In this document: one piece after another, positions 9,092 to 19,265 of the stretch | How the letters are laid out: each line of letters begins with the position of its first letter | How positions within the stretch are numbered: position 1 is the stretch's first letter | Assembly: GCA_963678065.2 (NCBI GenBank) | Contig: CAXXVZ010000005.1 | Coordinates: forward strand, 320,001-384,000 | Reading direction: 5' to 3' | Source: Treponemataceae bacterium | Lineage (GTDB): Bacteria > Spirochaetota > Spirochaetia > Treponematales > Rectinemataceae | DNA: 64,000 nucleotides | The notes under the pieces: generated by a model | Told to the model about the DNA's origin: nothing | Seen by the model: only the letters and a program-made list of their open reading frames with translations | The model's database searches: none | Translations under genes and position numbers: made by a program

Positions 9092-9644
9092 TTTCGGCCG
9101 CCTTCTGACAGGCCTCGCGCGGAATGCCATCGCGGTGGAGCTGGGCATCGCTCCGCCTTGCGTCATAGACCGCGACGATCCCAGGCTCGACGGGCCCGGC
9201 GCCAGTTTCGTCACGCTGACAATCGGGGGGGAGCTCAGGGGCTGCATCGGGAGTCTCGAGGCGCGGCGGCCGGTCGGAGTCGATGTCGAGGAGAACGCCC
9301 TGGCCGCGGCCTTCGACGATCCGCGCTTCGATCCCCTCGGCGCGGCGGAATTCGATCTCGTCCGCGTCGAGATCTCCCTCCTGGAACCTGCCCGCCGCAT
9401 GGATTTTGACGGCGAGGCGGATGCTCTTCGCCGACTCGTGCCGGGGAGGGACGGCCTCATCCTCTCCTTCGGACAGAGGCGGGCAACCTTCCTCCCCCAG
9501 GTCTGGGAGACCTTGCCCGATCCGGGGGACTTCATGCGGCATCTCAAACTGAAAGCGGGTCTTCCGGCCGATTTCTGGGACGATAGGATCGCGCTGTCGC
9601 GCTACACGGTGCGGAAATGGAAGGAAGAGGCATGGCCAGAGTAG
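9081..9644 (+). CDS. amrA: AmmeMemoRadiSam system protein A (AMMECR1 family)
   Basis: SFVTL..GELRGCIGSL, AAAFDDPRF, ATFLPQVWE. Confidence 0.93.
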   Translation: MSDDFGRLLTGLARNAIAVELGIAPPCVIDRDDPRLDGPGASFVTLTIGGELRGCIGSLEARRPVGVDVEENALAAAFDDPRFDPLGAAEFDLVRVEISLLEPARRMDFDGEADALRRLVPGRDGLILSFGQRRATFLPQVWETLPDPGDFMRHLKLKAGLPADFWDDRIALSRYTVRKWKEEAWPE

Positions 9645-10666
9645 AGGAAGAGTATCCGGCCCTCTGGTGGGAACCCGCGGGCGGAGGACGCGTTCAGTGC
9701 CTCCTGTGCCCCCACCAGTGCATCATCCAGGACGGGGAGCGCGGCTTCTGCACCGGCCGCATGAATTACGGCAGTCACATGAAACTCGACCGCTGGCAAT
9801 ACATCTCCGGCCTGTGCATGGACCCGATCGAGAAAAAACCCCTCTATCACTTTTATCCGGGTTCCCAGGCCCTGTCCTTCGGGACCGCGGGCTGCAACCT
9901 CGACTGCGCCTTCTGCCAGAACCACGGACTCTCGCGGGCCATGACCACGGACAGGCTCACAGACACGGCGACGCCGGAAGAAATAGCCGAAACCGCACAA
10001 TCCTACAACGTCCGCTCCGTGGCCTTCACCTACAACGAGCCCGTCATATTCGCGGAGTACGCCATCGCCGTCGCGAACGCCTGCCGCAAGGCGGGGATAC
10101 AATCAGTCGCCGTGACGGCCGGATTCATCAATCCGCAGCCGGCCAGAACCTTCTTCTCCGTGATGGACGCCGCCAACGTGGACCTCAAGGGCTTCACCGA
10201 GTCCTTTTACCGCGACAACTGCGGAGGCCACCTCATGCCGGTCCTCGAAACCCTCCTCATAATCCACCGCGAGACGACATGCCACCTCGAGATCACCAAC
10301 CTCCTCATCCCCGGGCTCAACGATTCGGCGGCCGAGATAAAGGCCATGTGCGACTGGATCGCGAGAGAGCTGGGGCAGGATGTCCCGCTGCATTTTTCGG
10401 CCTTCCACCCCGCCTGGCGCCTGAACAAGGTTCCGCAAACTCCGCCCGCGACTCTCACGAACGCGCGCCGCATAGCCAAGGACGCGGGGCTCAGGTACGT
10501 CTACACCGGCAACATCCGCGACCGCGAGGGGAGCACGACCTGGTGCCCTGGCTGCGGCCGGGATCTCGTCGGGCGCGACTGGTTCACGGTCAGGCACAAC
10601 GACCTGGAAGCCACGCAAGGCCGCTGCCCGCAGTGCGGGACGACGATTCCCGGACATTTCGCCTAG
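9632..10666 (+). CDS. amrS: AmmeMemoRadiSam radical SAM enzyme
   Basis: CLLCPHQC, DPIEKKPLYHF, GCNLDCAFCQN (CxxxCxxC), C-terminal CPxCG pairs. Confidence 0.95.
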   Translation: MARVEEEYPALWWEPAGGGRVQCLLCPHQCIIQDGERGFCTGRMNYGSHMKLDRWQYISGLCMDPIEKKPLYHFYPGSQALSFGTAGCNLDCAFCQNHGLSRAMTTDRLTDTATPEEIAETAQSYNVRSVAFTYNEPVIFAEYAIAVANACRKAGIQSVAVTAGFINPQPARTFFSVMDAANVDLKGFTESFYRDNCGGHLMPVLETLLIIHRETTCHLEITNLLIPGLNDSAAEIKAMCDWIARELGQDVPLHFSAFHPAWRLNKVPQTPPATLTNARRIAKDAGLRYVYTGNIRDREGSTTWCPGCGRDLVGRDWFTVRHNDLEATQGRCPQCGTTIPGHFA

Positions 10667-10776
10667 CCGCCGCTCACCCAAGCGATGTCCTCCGTCTGGT
10701 CCCGGCAAAATGCCCGGATCGAGGGCGCGGCTACGCTGCGGGCCGATCCGCTATAACACATATTTATTCAGCAATA

Positions 10777-10805
10777 TTGACACCATATGCAATCTGCCGT
10801 ATCCT
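10777..10805 (+). promoter_or_regulatory. Sigma70-type promoter of amino-acid ABC operon
   Basis: TTGACA-N17-TATCCT. Confidence 0.65.
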
Positions 10806-10855
10806 TCCGCAATCGCTTTCAAATCGACTGTAACCCGACTACAAGGAGATCGCAG

Positions 10856-11620
10856 ATGAAGAAATCCTGGTCTTCCGTCATGTCATTCCTCCTTCTCGCG
10901 GCCGTCATCATCAGCTCGGCGGGCCTCTCGTCCTGCGCCAAGAAAGCGCCGAAAAAAATCGTCGTCGCCTCCGACTGCACCTGGCCCCCGATGGAGTATC
11001 TCGACGAAAACAAGAATATCATCGGCTTCGGCCCCGACCTCGTGAAGGAGATCGCCAAGGTCGCCGGCTTCGAGGTCGAGATCAAGAACACCGCCTGGGA
11101 TGGCATCTTCGCCGGGCTCGCCGCGGGCAACTACCAGGCCATATCCTCCTCCGTGACGATCACCGAGGAGCGCAAGGCGACGATGGACTTCTCGGAGCCC
11201 TACGTCAACGCGGGCCAGGTTCTCGTCGTCCGCAAGGACACGGCGGGCGTGTCGTCGCTCGCTGACCTCAAGGGCAAGAAAGCCGGAGCCCAGATCGGCA
11301 CGACCGGCGCCATCGAGATCGGCAAGGTCAAGGGCGTCGAACTCAAGACCTACGACGAAGTCGGGCTTGCCTTCGAGGACCTCGCCAACGGCAACATCTC
11401 GGGCGTCGTCGCCGACTCCCCGATATCGGCCAACTTCGCCCTCCAGAATCCCAAGTTCAAAGACAAGCTCATGATCGTGGGTAAACCCTTCACCGACGAG
11501 TGGCTCGGCTTCGCCTTCAAGAAGGGCGACACCGCGACCCAGAAGCTCTTCAACGACGGACTCGCCAAGGTCAAGGCTTCCGGCAAGCTCGACGAACTCG
11601 CCAAGAAGTGGCTCCAGTAG
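10856..11620 (+). CDS. Polar (basic) amino acid ABC transporter substrate-binding lipoprotein
   Basis: Lipobox LSSC; SDCTWPPME, SSVTITEER, GAQIGTTG. Confidence 0.92.
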   Translation: MKKSWSSVMSFLLLAAVIISSAGLSSCAKKAPKKIVVASDCTWPPMEYLDENKNIIGFGPDLVKEIAKVAGFEVEIKNTAWDGIFAGLAAGNYQAISSSVTITEERKATMDFSEPYVNAGQVLVVRKDTAGVSSLADLKGKKAGAQIGTTGAIEIGKVKGVELKTYDEVGLAFEDLANGNISGVVADSPISANFALQNPKFKDKLMIVGKPFTDEWLGFAFKKGDTATQKLFNDGLAKVKASGKLDELAKKWLQ

Positions 11621-11621
11621 C

Positions 11622-12446
11622 ATGGCAAAAGGCTCCCCGCTCTCCGGCCGGGACGAGAGGCGCTCCGGCCAGACGACGATCAACGTCACCGACGGCACCC
11701 TCATCCCCTTAAGGGGCGAGGGTGGCCTCATCTCTTCCTGGAACATAGCCTTCTTCGGGGCCGTCGGACTTCTCGTCGCCCTGCCGCTATTCAGCCCCGA
11801 TCCCTACCTCCGCATACTCTCCTTCGTGCCTGACGGACTCGCGGCGACCTTCGGCGTCACGCTCAGCTCGATACTCTTCGCCCTCATCATAGGGCTCTTC
11901 GCGGGACTCGGGCGCATCTCGCACAACAAGACCGTCAACATGATAGCGACGGTCTACGTCGAGGTGATCCGCGGCATACCCCTCCTCGTGCAGCTCTTCT
12001 ACATCTACTACGCCCTGGGCCCCCTCCTCCGGATGCAGGGACCGCCGGCCGCTGTGCTCGCCATGTCGATCTGCTACGGTGCCTACATGGCCGAGATTTT
12101 CCGCGCCGGCATCCAGGCCATCCCCAAGGGACAGATGGAGGCCGCCCTCGCCCTCGGCCTGAGCCGGACACAGGCCATGCGCAGGATCATCATCCCGCAG
12201 ACCATCAAGATCATCCTGCCTCCCATCGGAAACGAGTTCATCGCCCTCCTTAAAGACTCCTCCCTCGTATCCATACTCGCCGTTTCGGACCTTCTGCGCC
12301 GCGGACGCGAATACGCCTCGACCTCTTTCCGCTACTTCGAGAGCTACACAGTCATCGCGCTGATCTACCTCGTCATGACGCTCTTTTTCTCGCGACTCGT
12401 CGCGCTCATGGAAGAAAGGATGGGGCACCGTGGAAAAGTTCGTTGA
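11622..12446 (+). CDS. Amino acid ABC transporter permease
   Basis: [45 protein letters not shown]. Confidence 0.95.
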   Translation: MAKGSPLSGRDERRSGQTTINVTDGTLIPLRGEGGLISSWNIAFFGAVGLLVALPLFSPDPYLRILSFVPDGLAATFGVTLSSILFALIIGLFAGLGRISHNKTVNMIATVYVEVIRGIPLLVQLFYIYYALGPLLRMQGPPAAVLAMSICYGAYMAEIFRAGIQAIPKGQMEAALALGLSRTQAMRRIIIPQTIKIILPPIGNEFIALLKDSSLVSILAVSDLLRRGREYASTSFRYFESYTVIALIYLVMTLFFSRLVALMEERMGHRGKVR

Positions 12447-13161
12447 AATAAAAGGCGCCATAAAAACCTTCGGGACCGTGCAGGCGCTCTGCGGCGTCGA
12501 TCTGTGCGTAAAAAAGGGCGAAGTCGTCCTCATCATCGGCCCCTCGGGCTCGGGCAAGAGCACACTCCTCAGGAGTGTGAACCGCCTCGAGCGCCTCGAC
12601 TCGGGCTCGATCGCGATCGAAGGCGAGAGCGTGACCGACGAAAAGGCCGACATCCGCCACATCCGCGAGGAAGTGGGCATGGTCTTCCAGAGCTTCAACC
12701 TCTTTCCCCACCTCTCGGTCCTGGACAACATCGCCCTCGCGCCCATCGTCGTTCTGAAAAAGTCCCGGGAAGAGGCGACGACGACGGCCCGCAGACTCCT
12801 CGCCAAGGTCGGCCTCTCCGAAAAGGAAAAGGCCTGGCCCGAGCAGCTCTCGGGCGGGCAGCAGCAGCGCGTCGCCATCGCGCGCGCCCTCGCGATGAGC
12901 CCCAAGGTCATGCTCTTCGACGAACCCACGAGCGCCCTCGACCCCGAGATGATCAAGGAAGTCCTCGACGTCATGACGGACCTCGCCCGCGAGGGCATGA
13001 CCATGCTCGTCGTCTCCCACGAGATGGGCTTCGCCCGCGCCGCCGCGAACCGCATCATCTTCATGGACGCGGGCCAGATCGTCGAGGAAGCCCCGCCGGA
13101 GACATTCTTCACTTCCCCGCGCGAGGAGCGGACGCGCAGGTTCCTGGAACACATACTGTAA
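12430..13161 (+). CDS. Amino acid ABC transporter ATP-binding protein (GlnQ-like)
   Basis: [34 protein letters not shown]. Confidence 0.95.
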   Translation: MEKFVEIKGAIKTFGTVQALCGVDLCVKKGEVVLIIGPSGSGKSTLLRSVNRLERLDSGSIAIEGESVTDEKADIRHIREEVGMVFQSFNLFPHLSVLDNIALAPIVVLKKSREEATTTARRLLAKVGLSEKEKAWPEQLSGGQQQRVAIARALAMSPKVMLFDEPTSALDPEMIKEVLDVMTDLAREGMTMLVVSHEMGFARAAANRIIFMDAGQIVEEAPPETFFTSPREERTRRFLEHIL

Positions 13162-13181
13162 GATCCGATGCGCCAGGAATG

Positions 13182-13214
13182 AAAACCCGTGGATAGAGAA
13201 ATCCACGGGTTTTT
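13182..13214. terminator. Rho-independent terminator
   Basis: AAAACCCGTGGAT-agagaa-ATCCACGGGTTTTT directly after the ABC operon. Confidence 0.85.
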
Positions 13215-13456
13215 AGTCACCACCGCGTCGTATGTTACGGCGCCTGTTTCCCCGGTTTCGCCGCAAAGCCGCGTCAACAGAAGGACCGGCACGCGGGAGG
13301 AATTTGTCATCCTGACTAACCGAATCGCCTCTTTTGCGGTAGATTGTACTGACGAGACCTCCTTTGGGGGCCACATAGACGATCCGCCGGATCGCCCGGG
13401 CTGCCGATTCGCGTTCGACGCTGCAGCCGGATACAGAACACGGACAGGAGAACTGA

Positions 13457-16400
13457 ATGTCCTTCACCCTCATCCAGGAAAAACACATAGCCGAAATCGA
13501 TTCCCTCGCCCGACTCTACCGCCACGACGGGACTGGCGCCCGCGTCCTCTCGCTCACCAACTCGGACGAAAACAAGGTCTTCGGCATCAGCTTCCGCACG
13601 CCGAGCGCCGACTCCACTGGCGTCGCCCACATCATGGAGCACTCGGTACTCTGCGGCTCGCGCAAGTACCCGGTCAAAGAGCCTTTCGTCGAGCTGATAA
13701 AGGGCTCGCTCAATACCTTCCTCAACGCCATGACCTACCCGGACAAGACCTGCTATCCGGTGGCGAGCACGAACCTCGCCGATTTCTACAACCTCGTCGA
13801 CGTCTACCTCGACGCGGTCTTCTACCCCGCCATCACGGAGGAGACACTCGCTCAGGAGGGCTGGCACTACGAGCTCGACTCGCCCGACTCGCCCCTGACC
13901 TACAAGGGTGTCGTCTTCAACGAGATGAAGGGCGCCTACTCCGACCCGGAGGGCAGGCTGGGCGACGTCGTGCAACAGTCGCTCTACCCCGATACAGCCT
14001 ACGCACTCGATTCGGGCGGCGACCCGGCCGTTATCCCCGAGCTCAGCTATGAGCGTTTCAAAGCCTTCCACGATTCCTACTACCATCCGGCCAACTCCTA
14101 CATCTTCTTCTACGGCGACGACGATCCAGCCGGGCGCCTTCTCATCCTCGAGTCCTGGCTTTCTGATTTCGGCGAGCGGAAGGTCGAGTCTCTGCCAGGA
14201 CTCCAGCCACGACTCTCTGCGCCGCGGAGCGTCAGGGCGCCTTACGACTCGGGCGATTCGCCGGACGCGAAGTCCTACGTGACCGTGAATTGGTTATTGC
14301 CCGAGCGCGTGCCGGCTCGTGTGTCCGAAGCGATGCCCGCGGCCGGGGCCACTGCCGCAAGCCCGGAGAGCGCGCCTGCAGCCGAAGTCGAAGCTGCGAC
14401 AAAATCGCCCGGCGGCAGCGGCGACTCCGAGACGGCGCTCGGCCTCACCATCCTCTCGCACATCCTGACCGCCACCTCGGCATCGCCGCTGCGCAGGGTC
14501 CTCATCGAGTCGGGCCTCGGCGAGGATCTCGCGGGGGCCGGTCTCACGGACGAGCTCAGGCAGATGAACTACTCCGTCGGGCTGAAGGGCGTGGAGGCGG
14601 ACAAGACTGAGGCCGTGGAGAGCCTCATACTCTCGACCCTGCGCGATCTCGCGGATAAGGGCATCGACCCCGCGACGGTGAAGGCTTCCATGAATACCCT
14701 CGAGTTCGCCATGCGCGAAAAGAACACCGGCCGCCTGCCGCGCGGCATCGCGATCATGCTCGGGGCCCTCGGTGCGTGGATCTACGACGGAGACCCCGTC
14801 GCCGCCCTATCCTTCGAAGAGGATTTCGCGCGTATCAAGGCCGGCGTGCAGGCGGGCGGCTACTTCGAGAGTCTCATCGCACAGCACTTCCTCGATAACC
14901 CGCACAGGACGACCGTCGTCCTCGAGCCGGACCCAGAAGAAGGGGCGAGGAGAGAAGCGGCCGAAGCGGAGAAGCTCAGCCGGATCAAGGCCTCGATGTC
15001 GCCGGCAGAAATCGAAGCCGTCATGGAAGCCGCCCGCGCCCTGAAAGAAAAGCAACAGAGGCCTGACAGCCCCGAGGCCCTCGCGACCATCCCGGCGCTG
15101 AAACTCTCCGACATCGATCCGAAGGTCAAGATAATCCCGATCGAGGTCAGCGCCGTGGAGGAGGCGAAGCTCCTTTGCCACGACCTGCCCACGAACTCCA
15201 TCCTCTACTTCGACATCGGATTCGACCTCCATACCCTTCCCGAAAGACTCATCCCCTACGTCGGGATCCTCGGCCGCCTCCTTCTCGAGACAGGCACGGC
15301 CAGAGAGGACTTCATCTCCCTGAGCCAGAGAATCGGACGATCGACAGGCGGCATACAGGGAGGCACGGTGATTTCCTCGGCGCGGAACTCGCCGGTCTCA
15401 CAGGCCTGGTTCATGCTGCGGTCAAAAGTCCTGGCTGGCATGGAGGACGAACTCTTCGACATACTCGAGGATGTCCTCGGCACGGCGAGGCTCGACGACA
15501 GGGAACGATTCCTTCAGATCGTCCTCGAGGAGAAGGCGGGGAGCGAATCCGCCCTCCTGCCCTCGGGACACCGAGTCGTCAACTCGCGCCTCAGGTCGCG
15601 TTTCACCGAAGCCGACCGCATCGGCGAGAAGACCGAAGGGCTCGAATCTCTCTTCTTCCTCCGCAGCCTCGCAGAGCGGGCCGAGAAAGACTGGCCGGGC
15701 ATCCTCGCGGAGCTACAGGAGCTGAGGGCCGCCCTCGTCAACAGAAACGCCGCCCTCGTCAACGTCACGGCGGATGGCCCTCTCCTGGCCGCGGTGGAGC
15801 CGAAAATCGGAAAATTCCTGCGAGCTCTGCCCGGGGAACCCCTGATCGCGCATGACTGGAGCCGCGTCGAAGACGCCGGGGCCGCGCTGAAGACAGGCGC
15901 GAATGGCCCGGCGCGGAAAGCTCCGGCCGCTTCGGGCGGCGTCGGGACCGGAGCGGGACCACTCGGCGCTGCGGAGGCCCTCACCCTGCCTTCGCAGGTC
16001 AACTACGTCGGCAAGGCCGCGAATCTCTACAGCCTGGGCTACGCCCCGGACGGCTCGATCCACGTCATCAACAAGTACCTCCAGACGACCTGGCTCTGGG
16101 AGAAGATCCGCGTCCAGGGCGGCGCATATGGCGGCTTCAGCATCTTCGACAGGAACTCGGGCGTCTTCAGCTTCCTCTCCTACCGCGATCCGGGCATCGC
16201 CCCGAGTCTGCGGAATTACGACGGGACGGCCGGCTTCCTCAAAGCCCTCGATATCTCGGCCCCGGAACTCGAAAAGTCGATCATAGGGACCATAGGCGAC
16301 GTCGACGCCTACATGCTGCCCGACGCGAAGGGCTACACCTCGATGCTGCAGTATCTGACCGGCAACACGCCACAGGAGAGGCAGAAGACGCGGGACCAGA

Positions 16401-16555
16401 TCCTCGGCGCGAAAGCACGGGATTTCGTGGCCTTCGCGGAAATCCTGGAAAAGGCCGCGACCTCGGGCGAGGTTGTCGTCATGGGTTCGCCCGAAGCGAT
16501 CGAGAAGGCCGTGGCCGAAGGTATCGATTTCGGCACAGTTACGAAGGTCCTCTGA
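13457..16555 (+). CDS. M16C (insulinase/presequence protease-like) zinc peptidase
   Basis: Inverted zinc motif HIMEH, TFLNAMTYPDKT, GVVFNEMKG, IRVQGGAYG, SYRDP. Confidence 0.95.
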   Translation: MSFTLIQEKHIAEIDSLARLYRHDGTGARVLSLTNSDENKVFGISFRTPSADSTGVAHIMEHSVLCGSRKYPVKEPFVELIKGSLNTFLNAMTYPDKTCYPVASTNLADFYNLVDVYLDAVFYPAITEETLAQEGWHYELDSPDSPLTYKGVVFNEMKGAYSDPEGRLGDVVQQSLYPDTAYALDSGGDPAVIPELSYERFKAFHDSYYHPANSYIFFYGDDDPAGRLLILESWLSDFGERKVESLPGLQPRLSAPRSVRAPYDSGDSPDAKSYVTVNWLLPERVPARVSEAMPAAGATAASPESAPAAEVEAATKSPGGSGDSETALGLTILSHILTATSASPLRRVLIESGLGEDLAGAGLTDELRQMNYSVGLKGVEADKTEAVESLILSTLRDLADKGIDPATVKASMNTLEFAMREKNTGRLPRGIAIMLGALGAWIYDGDPVAALSFEEDFARIKAGVQAGGYFESLIAQHFLDNPHRTTVVLEPDPEEGARREAAEAEKLSRIKASMSPAEIEAVMEAARALKEKQQRPDSPEALATIPALKLSDIDPKVKIIPIEVSAVEEAKLLCHDLPTNSILYFDIGFDLHTLPERLIPYVGILGRLLLETGTAREDFISLSQRIGRSTGGIQGGTVISSARNSPVSQAWFMLRSKVLAGMEDELFDILEDVLGTARLDDRERFLQIVLEEKAGSESALLPSGHRVVNSRLRSRFTEADRIGEKTEGLESLFFLRSLAERAEKDWPGILAELQELRAALVNRNAALVNVTADGPLLAAVEPKIGKFLRALPGEPLIAHDWSRVEDAGAALKTGANGPARKAPAASGGVGTGAGPLGAAEALTLPSQVNYVGKAANLYSLGYAPDGSIHVINKYLQTTWLWEKIRVQGGAYGGFSIFDRNSGVFSFLSYRDPGIAPSLRNYDGTAGFLKALDISAPELEKSIIGTIGDVDAYMLPDAKGYTSMLQYLTGNTPQERQKTRDQILGAKARDFVAFAEILEKAATSGEVVVMGSPEAIEKAVAEGIDFGTVTKVL

Positions 16556-16637
16556 GGCCTTTCGGAATGTACATGAACCGGCGGAAGTCGACGCTGGCAC
16601 GGACGGGGATCGCCCCCGCGCCGTGTGGGGGCGCGGC

Positions 16638-17366
16638 GTGATCGTTCTCGACGCGATCAGGGCCGAGCTGGGCGGCAACCCCGTCCTGAAGGGCATCTCC
16701 GTCGCGCTTGCGCCGGGAAAGGCAGTCGCTCTTCTCGGAGCGAACGGCGCGGGCAAGACGACACTTTTGCGCGCGCTCGCGGGACTCGTACCCACGACAG
16801 GAGGTAGTCTGTCGCGGAACGGACAGAGCTTTTGCAACACCGATCCGGGCTGGATATCCCTTGTCTCCTACGTCGCGGACAAAAACATGCTTTTCCCCGA
16901 GCTCTCGGCGCTCGAGCACTTCGAGGTCGCGAGGCGGCTCTGGGATATCGGCGCCGCCGAGACGCGGCGCCGGGAGGCCCTGCTCCTCGGGCTTCTTCGC
17001 ATCCAGGGAGAGGAAGCGGCGGCTCCCGTCCGGGAGCTCTCTTTCGGCTATCAGAAGCGTGTGGCACTCGCCCTCTCCCTCTTCGTGCCCGCGGAACTCT
17101 ACCTCTTCGACGAGCCCTCCACAGGACTCGACCTCGATTCCATCGGGATTTTCGAGTACATCGTCGATTTTCTCAGGCGGGCGGGCAAATACATCATCAT
17201 CTCGACACACAATGCGGACTGGATAAGCTCTCTGACGGACGCGCGGCTCGTGATCGCGGCCGGATATCTTGCCGGAACGGGCGGACCGGAGGGCGTCGGA
17301 CAGCAGGACAGAGATGTGGCAGCGGGCGGACTGCAGGCAGCGGAATGGCTTCGATCCGGAACCTGA
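16638..17366 (+). CDS. ABC transporter ATP-binding protein (exporter-like)
   Basis: GANGAGKT, atypical signature LSFGYQKR, FDEPSTGLD, STH. Confidence 0.85.
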   Translation: MIVLDAIRAELGGNPVLKGISVALAPGKAVALLGANGAGKTTLLRALAGLVPTTGGSLSRNGQSFCNTDPGWISLVSYVADKNMLFPELSALEHFEVARRLWDIGAAETRRREALLLGLLRIQGEEAAAPVRELSFGYQKRVALALSLFVPAELYLFDEPSTGLDLDSIGIFEYIVDFLRRAGKYIIISTHNADWISSLTDARLVIAAGYLAGTGGPEGVGQQDRDVAAGGLQAAEWLRSGT

Positions 17367-18421
17367 CGGGCGTTTTCGCCCTCATGAACCGGAAAATGGT
17401 GCACAGGGCCAGTTTCCGCTTCGGAATCTTCATCGGCTACGGATTCGGCGTGATGATCCTCCGGCTCCTCGCCAACGCCTGGACCGTGCTCACCGTATTC
17501 CGCCACCATCCCGACTACGACTACTCCGGCTTCTTCACCGCCTCTCTCGCTCTGGTCGCCTTCTACGGGATCTGCGTCATCCCACTCATCGGGGCGCGGT
17601 CGGCGAATGGGATACTGGGGCATCCGAGACTCTCGCATGTCTCAACCTGGAGGCTCGCGGTCGCGCACACGCTGTTCACGGTGTCGCGGCTCCCGTTCCT
17701 GATTCTCGCGGCCGCTCTTGCCCTGTACTCGGCGGGCTTCTCCGCGACCGCGGGTGTGGGCGCGGGAAGGATCGCGGAGGGCGCCGCGCTCTTCACGTTC
17801 TCCCTGGTCTGCTTCGCGATCGCGAACATAGCCTTCCACAGGATCTTCCACCGACTCTCGATCCGCCTGCCGGAGGCCGAGACGGTTTTGCTGGCCCTGG
17901 TGGTCCTCGCGGTTTTCCTGAATCCGCAGCCGGTATTCCGGGACGGAACCGTGACGCTCTCGGTGGCCGAAACGCTGCGGGGCGCAGGATACCCCGACTC
18001 CGGCGCGGCGACAGTCTTTCTCATTCAGCCAGTCCTCGTCCTCATCGACGCCATCGCCCTGTCGGCCCTGCATCTTCTCGGCAGGCTGGAAACCTTCGCC
18101 CGGAGGAAGGTTCTGAGGCAGGCATTCGCGAGGCTGGTCTTCGGCCGGCTGCCCCTGTCTCTGCTCGCGGGAACCGCCTTCGCCGAATGGTACATCTTCG
18201 CCTGGCCGGCCGAGACTTGGATAAAGGTACTTCTGGCCGGCGGGATAGCGCTCTACACGCTCGTGCGGGCCGCCGATGCCTTCGTCGGGGCGACTGGCGA
18301 CATCTTCGAGCTGTTTCGCCGCCGGGCCGACGCCCGCCTCTTCCTTCCGCCTGCCTTCACCTGCGCAGCCTTCCTCGTCGCTCCCATCCTCCTCCACCTC
18401 GTCTTCGCCAGCTTTGGCTGA
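17345..18421 (+). CDS. Multi-pass membrane protein, probable permease partner
   Basis: Many hydrophobic segments; overlaps the ATPase stop; no recognisable family motif. Confidence 0.7.
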   Translation: MASIRNLTGVFALMNRKMVHRASFRFGIFIGYGFGVMILRLLANAWTVLTVFRHHPDYDYSGFFTASLALVAFYGICVIPLIGARSANGILGHPRLSHVSTWRLAVAHTLFTVSRLPFLILAAALALYSAGFSATAGVGAGRIAEGAALFTFSLVCFAIANIAFHRIFHRLSIRLPEAETVLLALVVLAVFLNPQPVFRDGTVTLSVAETLRGAGYPDSGAATVFLIQPVLVLIDAIALSALHLLGRLETFARRKVLRQAFARLVFGRLPLSLLAGTAFAEWYIFAWPAETWIKVLLAGGIALYTLVRAADAFVGATGDIFELFRRRADARLFLPPAFTCAAFLVAPILLHLVFASFG

Positions 18422-18429
18422 GGCGTCAG

Positions 18430-18649
18430 CATCGCCTGGATCGCGGAGAAAGCGAGGGCGATCCGGGCCAGGGCCGTATGATCCGGCCTGACTCCCCCGA
18501 TGCCCTCGAGAGTGCTCGTCTTGCCGGCGCTATCCGGTCTGAGGAGGGCGAGGATCTCGCCCCCGCCTGAGCTCGAAACCGATATCTTTCACCGCCGCAG
18601 GACTTCGGTAGGATTTGCGGAAACCGCTGACGTTTACGACCTTGTTCAT
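18430..18649 (-). pseudogene. Frameshifted ABC ATPase remnant
   Basis: SD + ATG 18649: MNKVVNVSGFRKSY...IGFELRRG, a frameshift in the G5 run (18560-18564), then EILALLRPDSAGKTSTLEG (eroded Walker A GPNGAGKT); truncated. Confidence 0.75.
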
Positions 18650-18869
18650 TGTGTGTTGTTCCCCTCCGCGTGCAGGCAGTAGAAGGCTGAGCCCGAAATG
18701 CTCGCAAGAACGAAACAGGCGGGCTTCCTCACGCGCAAAGGCGACATAGCCGACAGCGCGACAGCGAGGTCGAGCGTCGGATTGTCCGTCCACGGCTTTT
18801 TCTGCGAAGCCTCGAGCATGCGCACAGCCTTCTCCTGTGCGAGGCAAGCCTCGAAGGAGGGTTCTTGCA

Positions 18870-19228
18870 CTTCGCCTCGCGGTAGGAACCGATGATGATG
18901 GAGACAGGTTCGAGGGCGGGAACATTCTCACAGATGATCTTGAGGATGACGGTCATGGGAACGGCGAATGCGAGCCCCGCAAAGCCCCAGAGAATGGGGA
19001 AACCTGGATCACGACATCGCGCGCCACTTTCCTGATTCCGGACGATATCCTGTTCTCGAATGCGATCCCGATTTTTTCGAAAAAAGGGATGTTCTCGAGG
19101 AGGAGAAAGACGGTGAAGAGGATGACCATGACGGCGTTCTGCACGAAGGCGAGAATACGCGGGATCCTGAGCTTTTCCAGGGCGACGACAACAGGCTCCA
19201 TGACGAAGGACAGGAGTGCCTCGATGGC
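18870..19228 (-). pseudogene. Internally deleted AI-2E family transporter remnant
   Basis: Juxtaposed fragments LLSFVMEPVVVALEKLRIPRILA / VILFTVFLLLE and, after a frame change, ILWGFAGLAFAVPMTVILKIICENVPALEPVSIIIGSY. Confidence 0.7.
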
Positions 19229-19265
19229 CGGTCCGGCGGCCCCTCCGCCCGCCTACCCCGTCGGA

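Noticed and set aside
10752..10775. Possible ARG box before the amino-acid ABC operon
   Set aside because: Only one half-site (TTATTCA) resembles the consensus.
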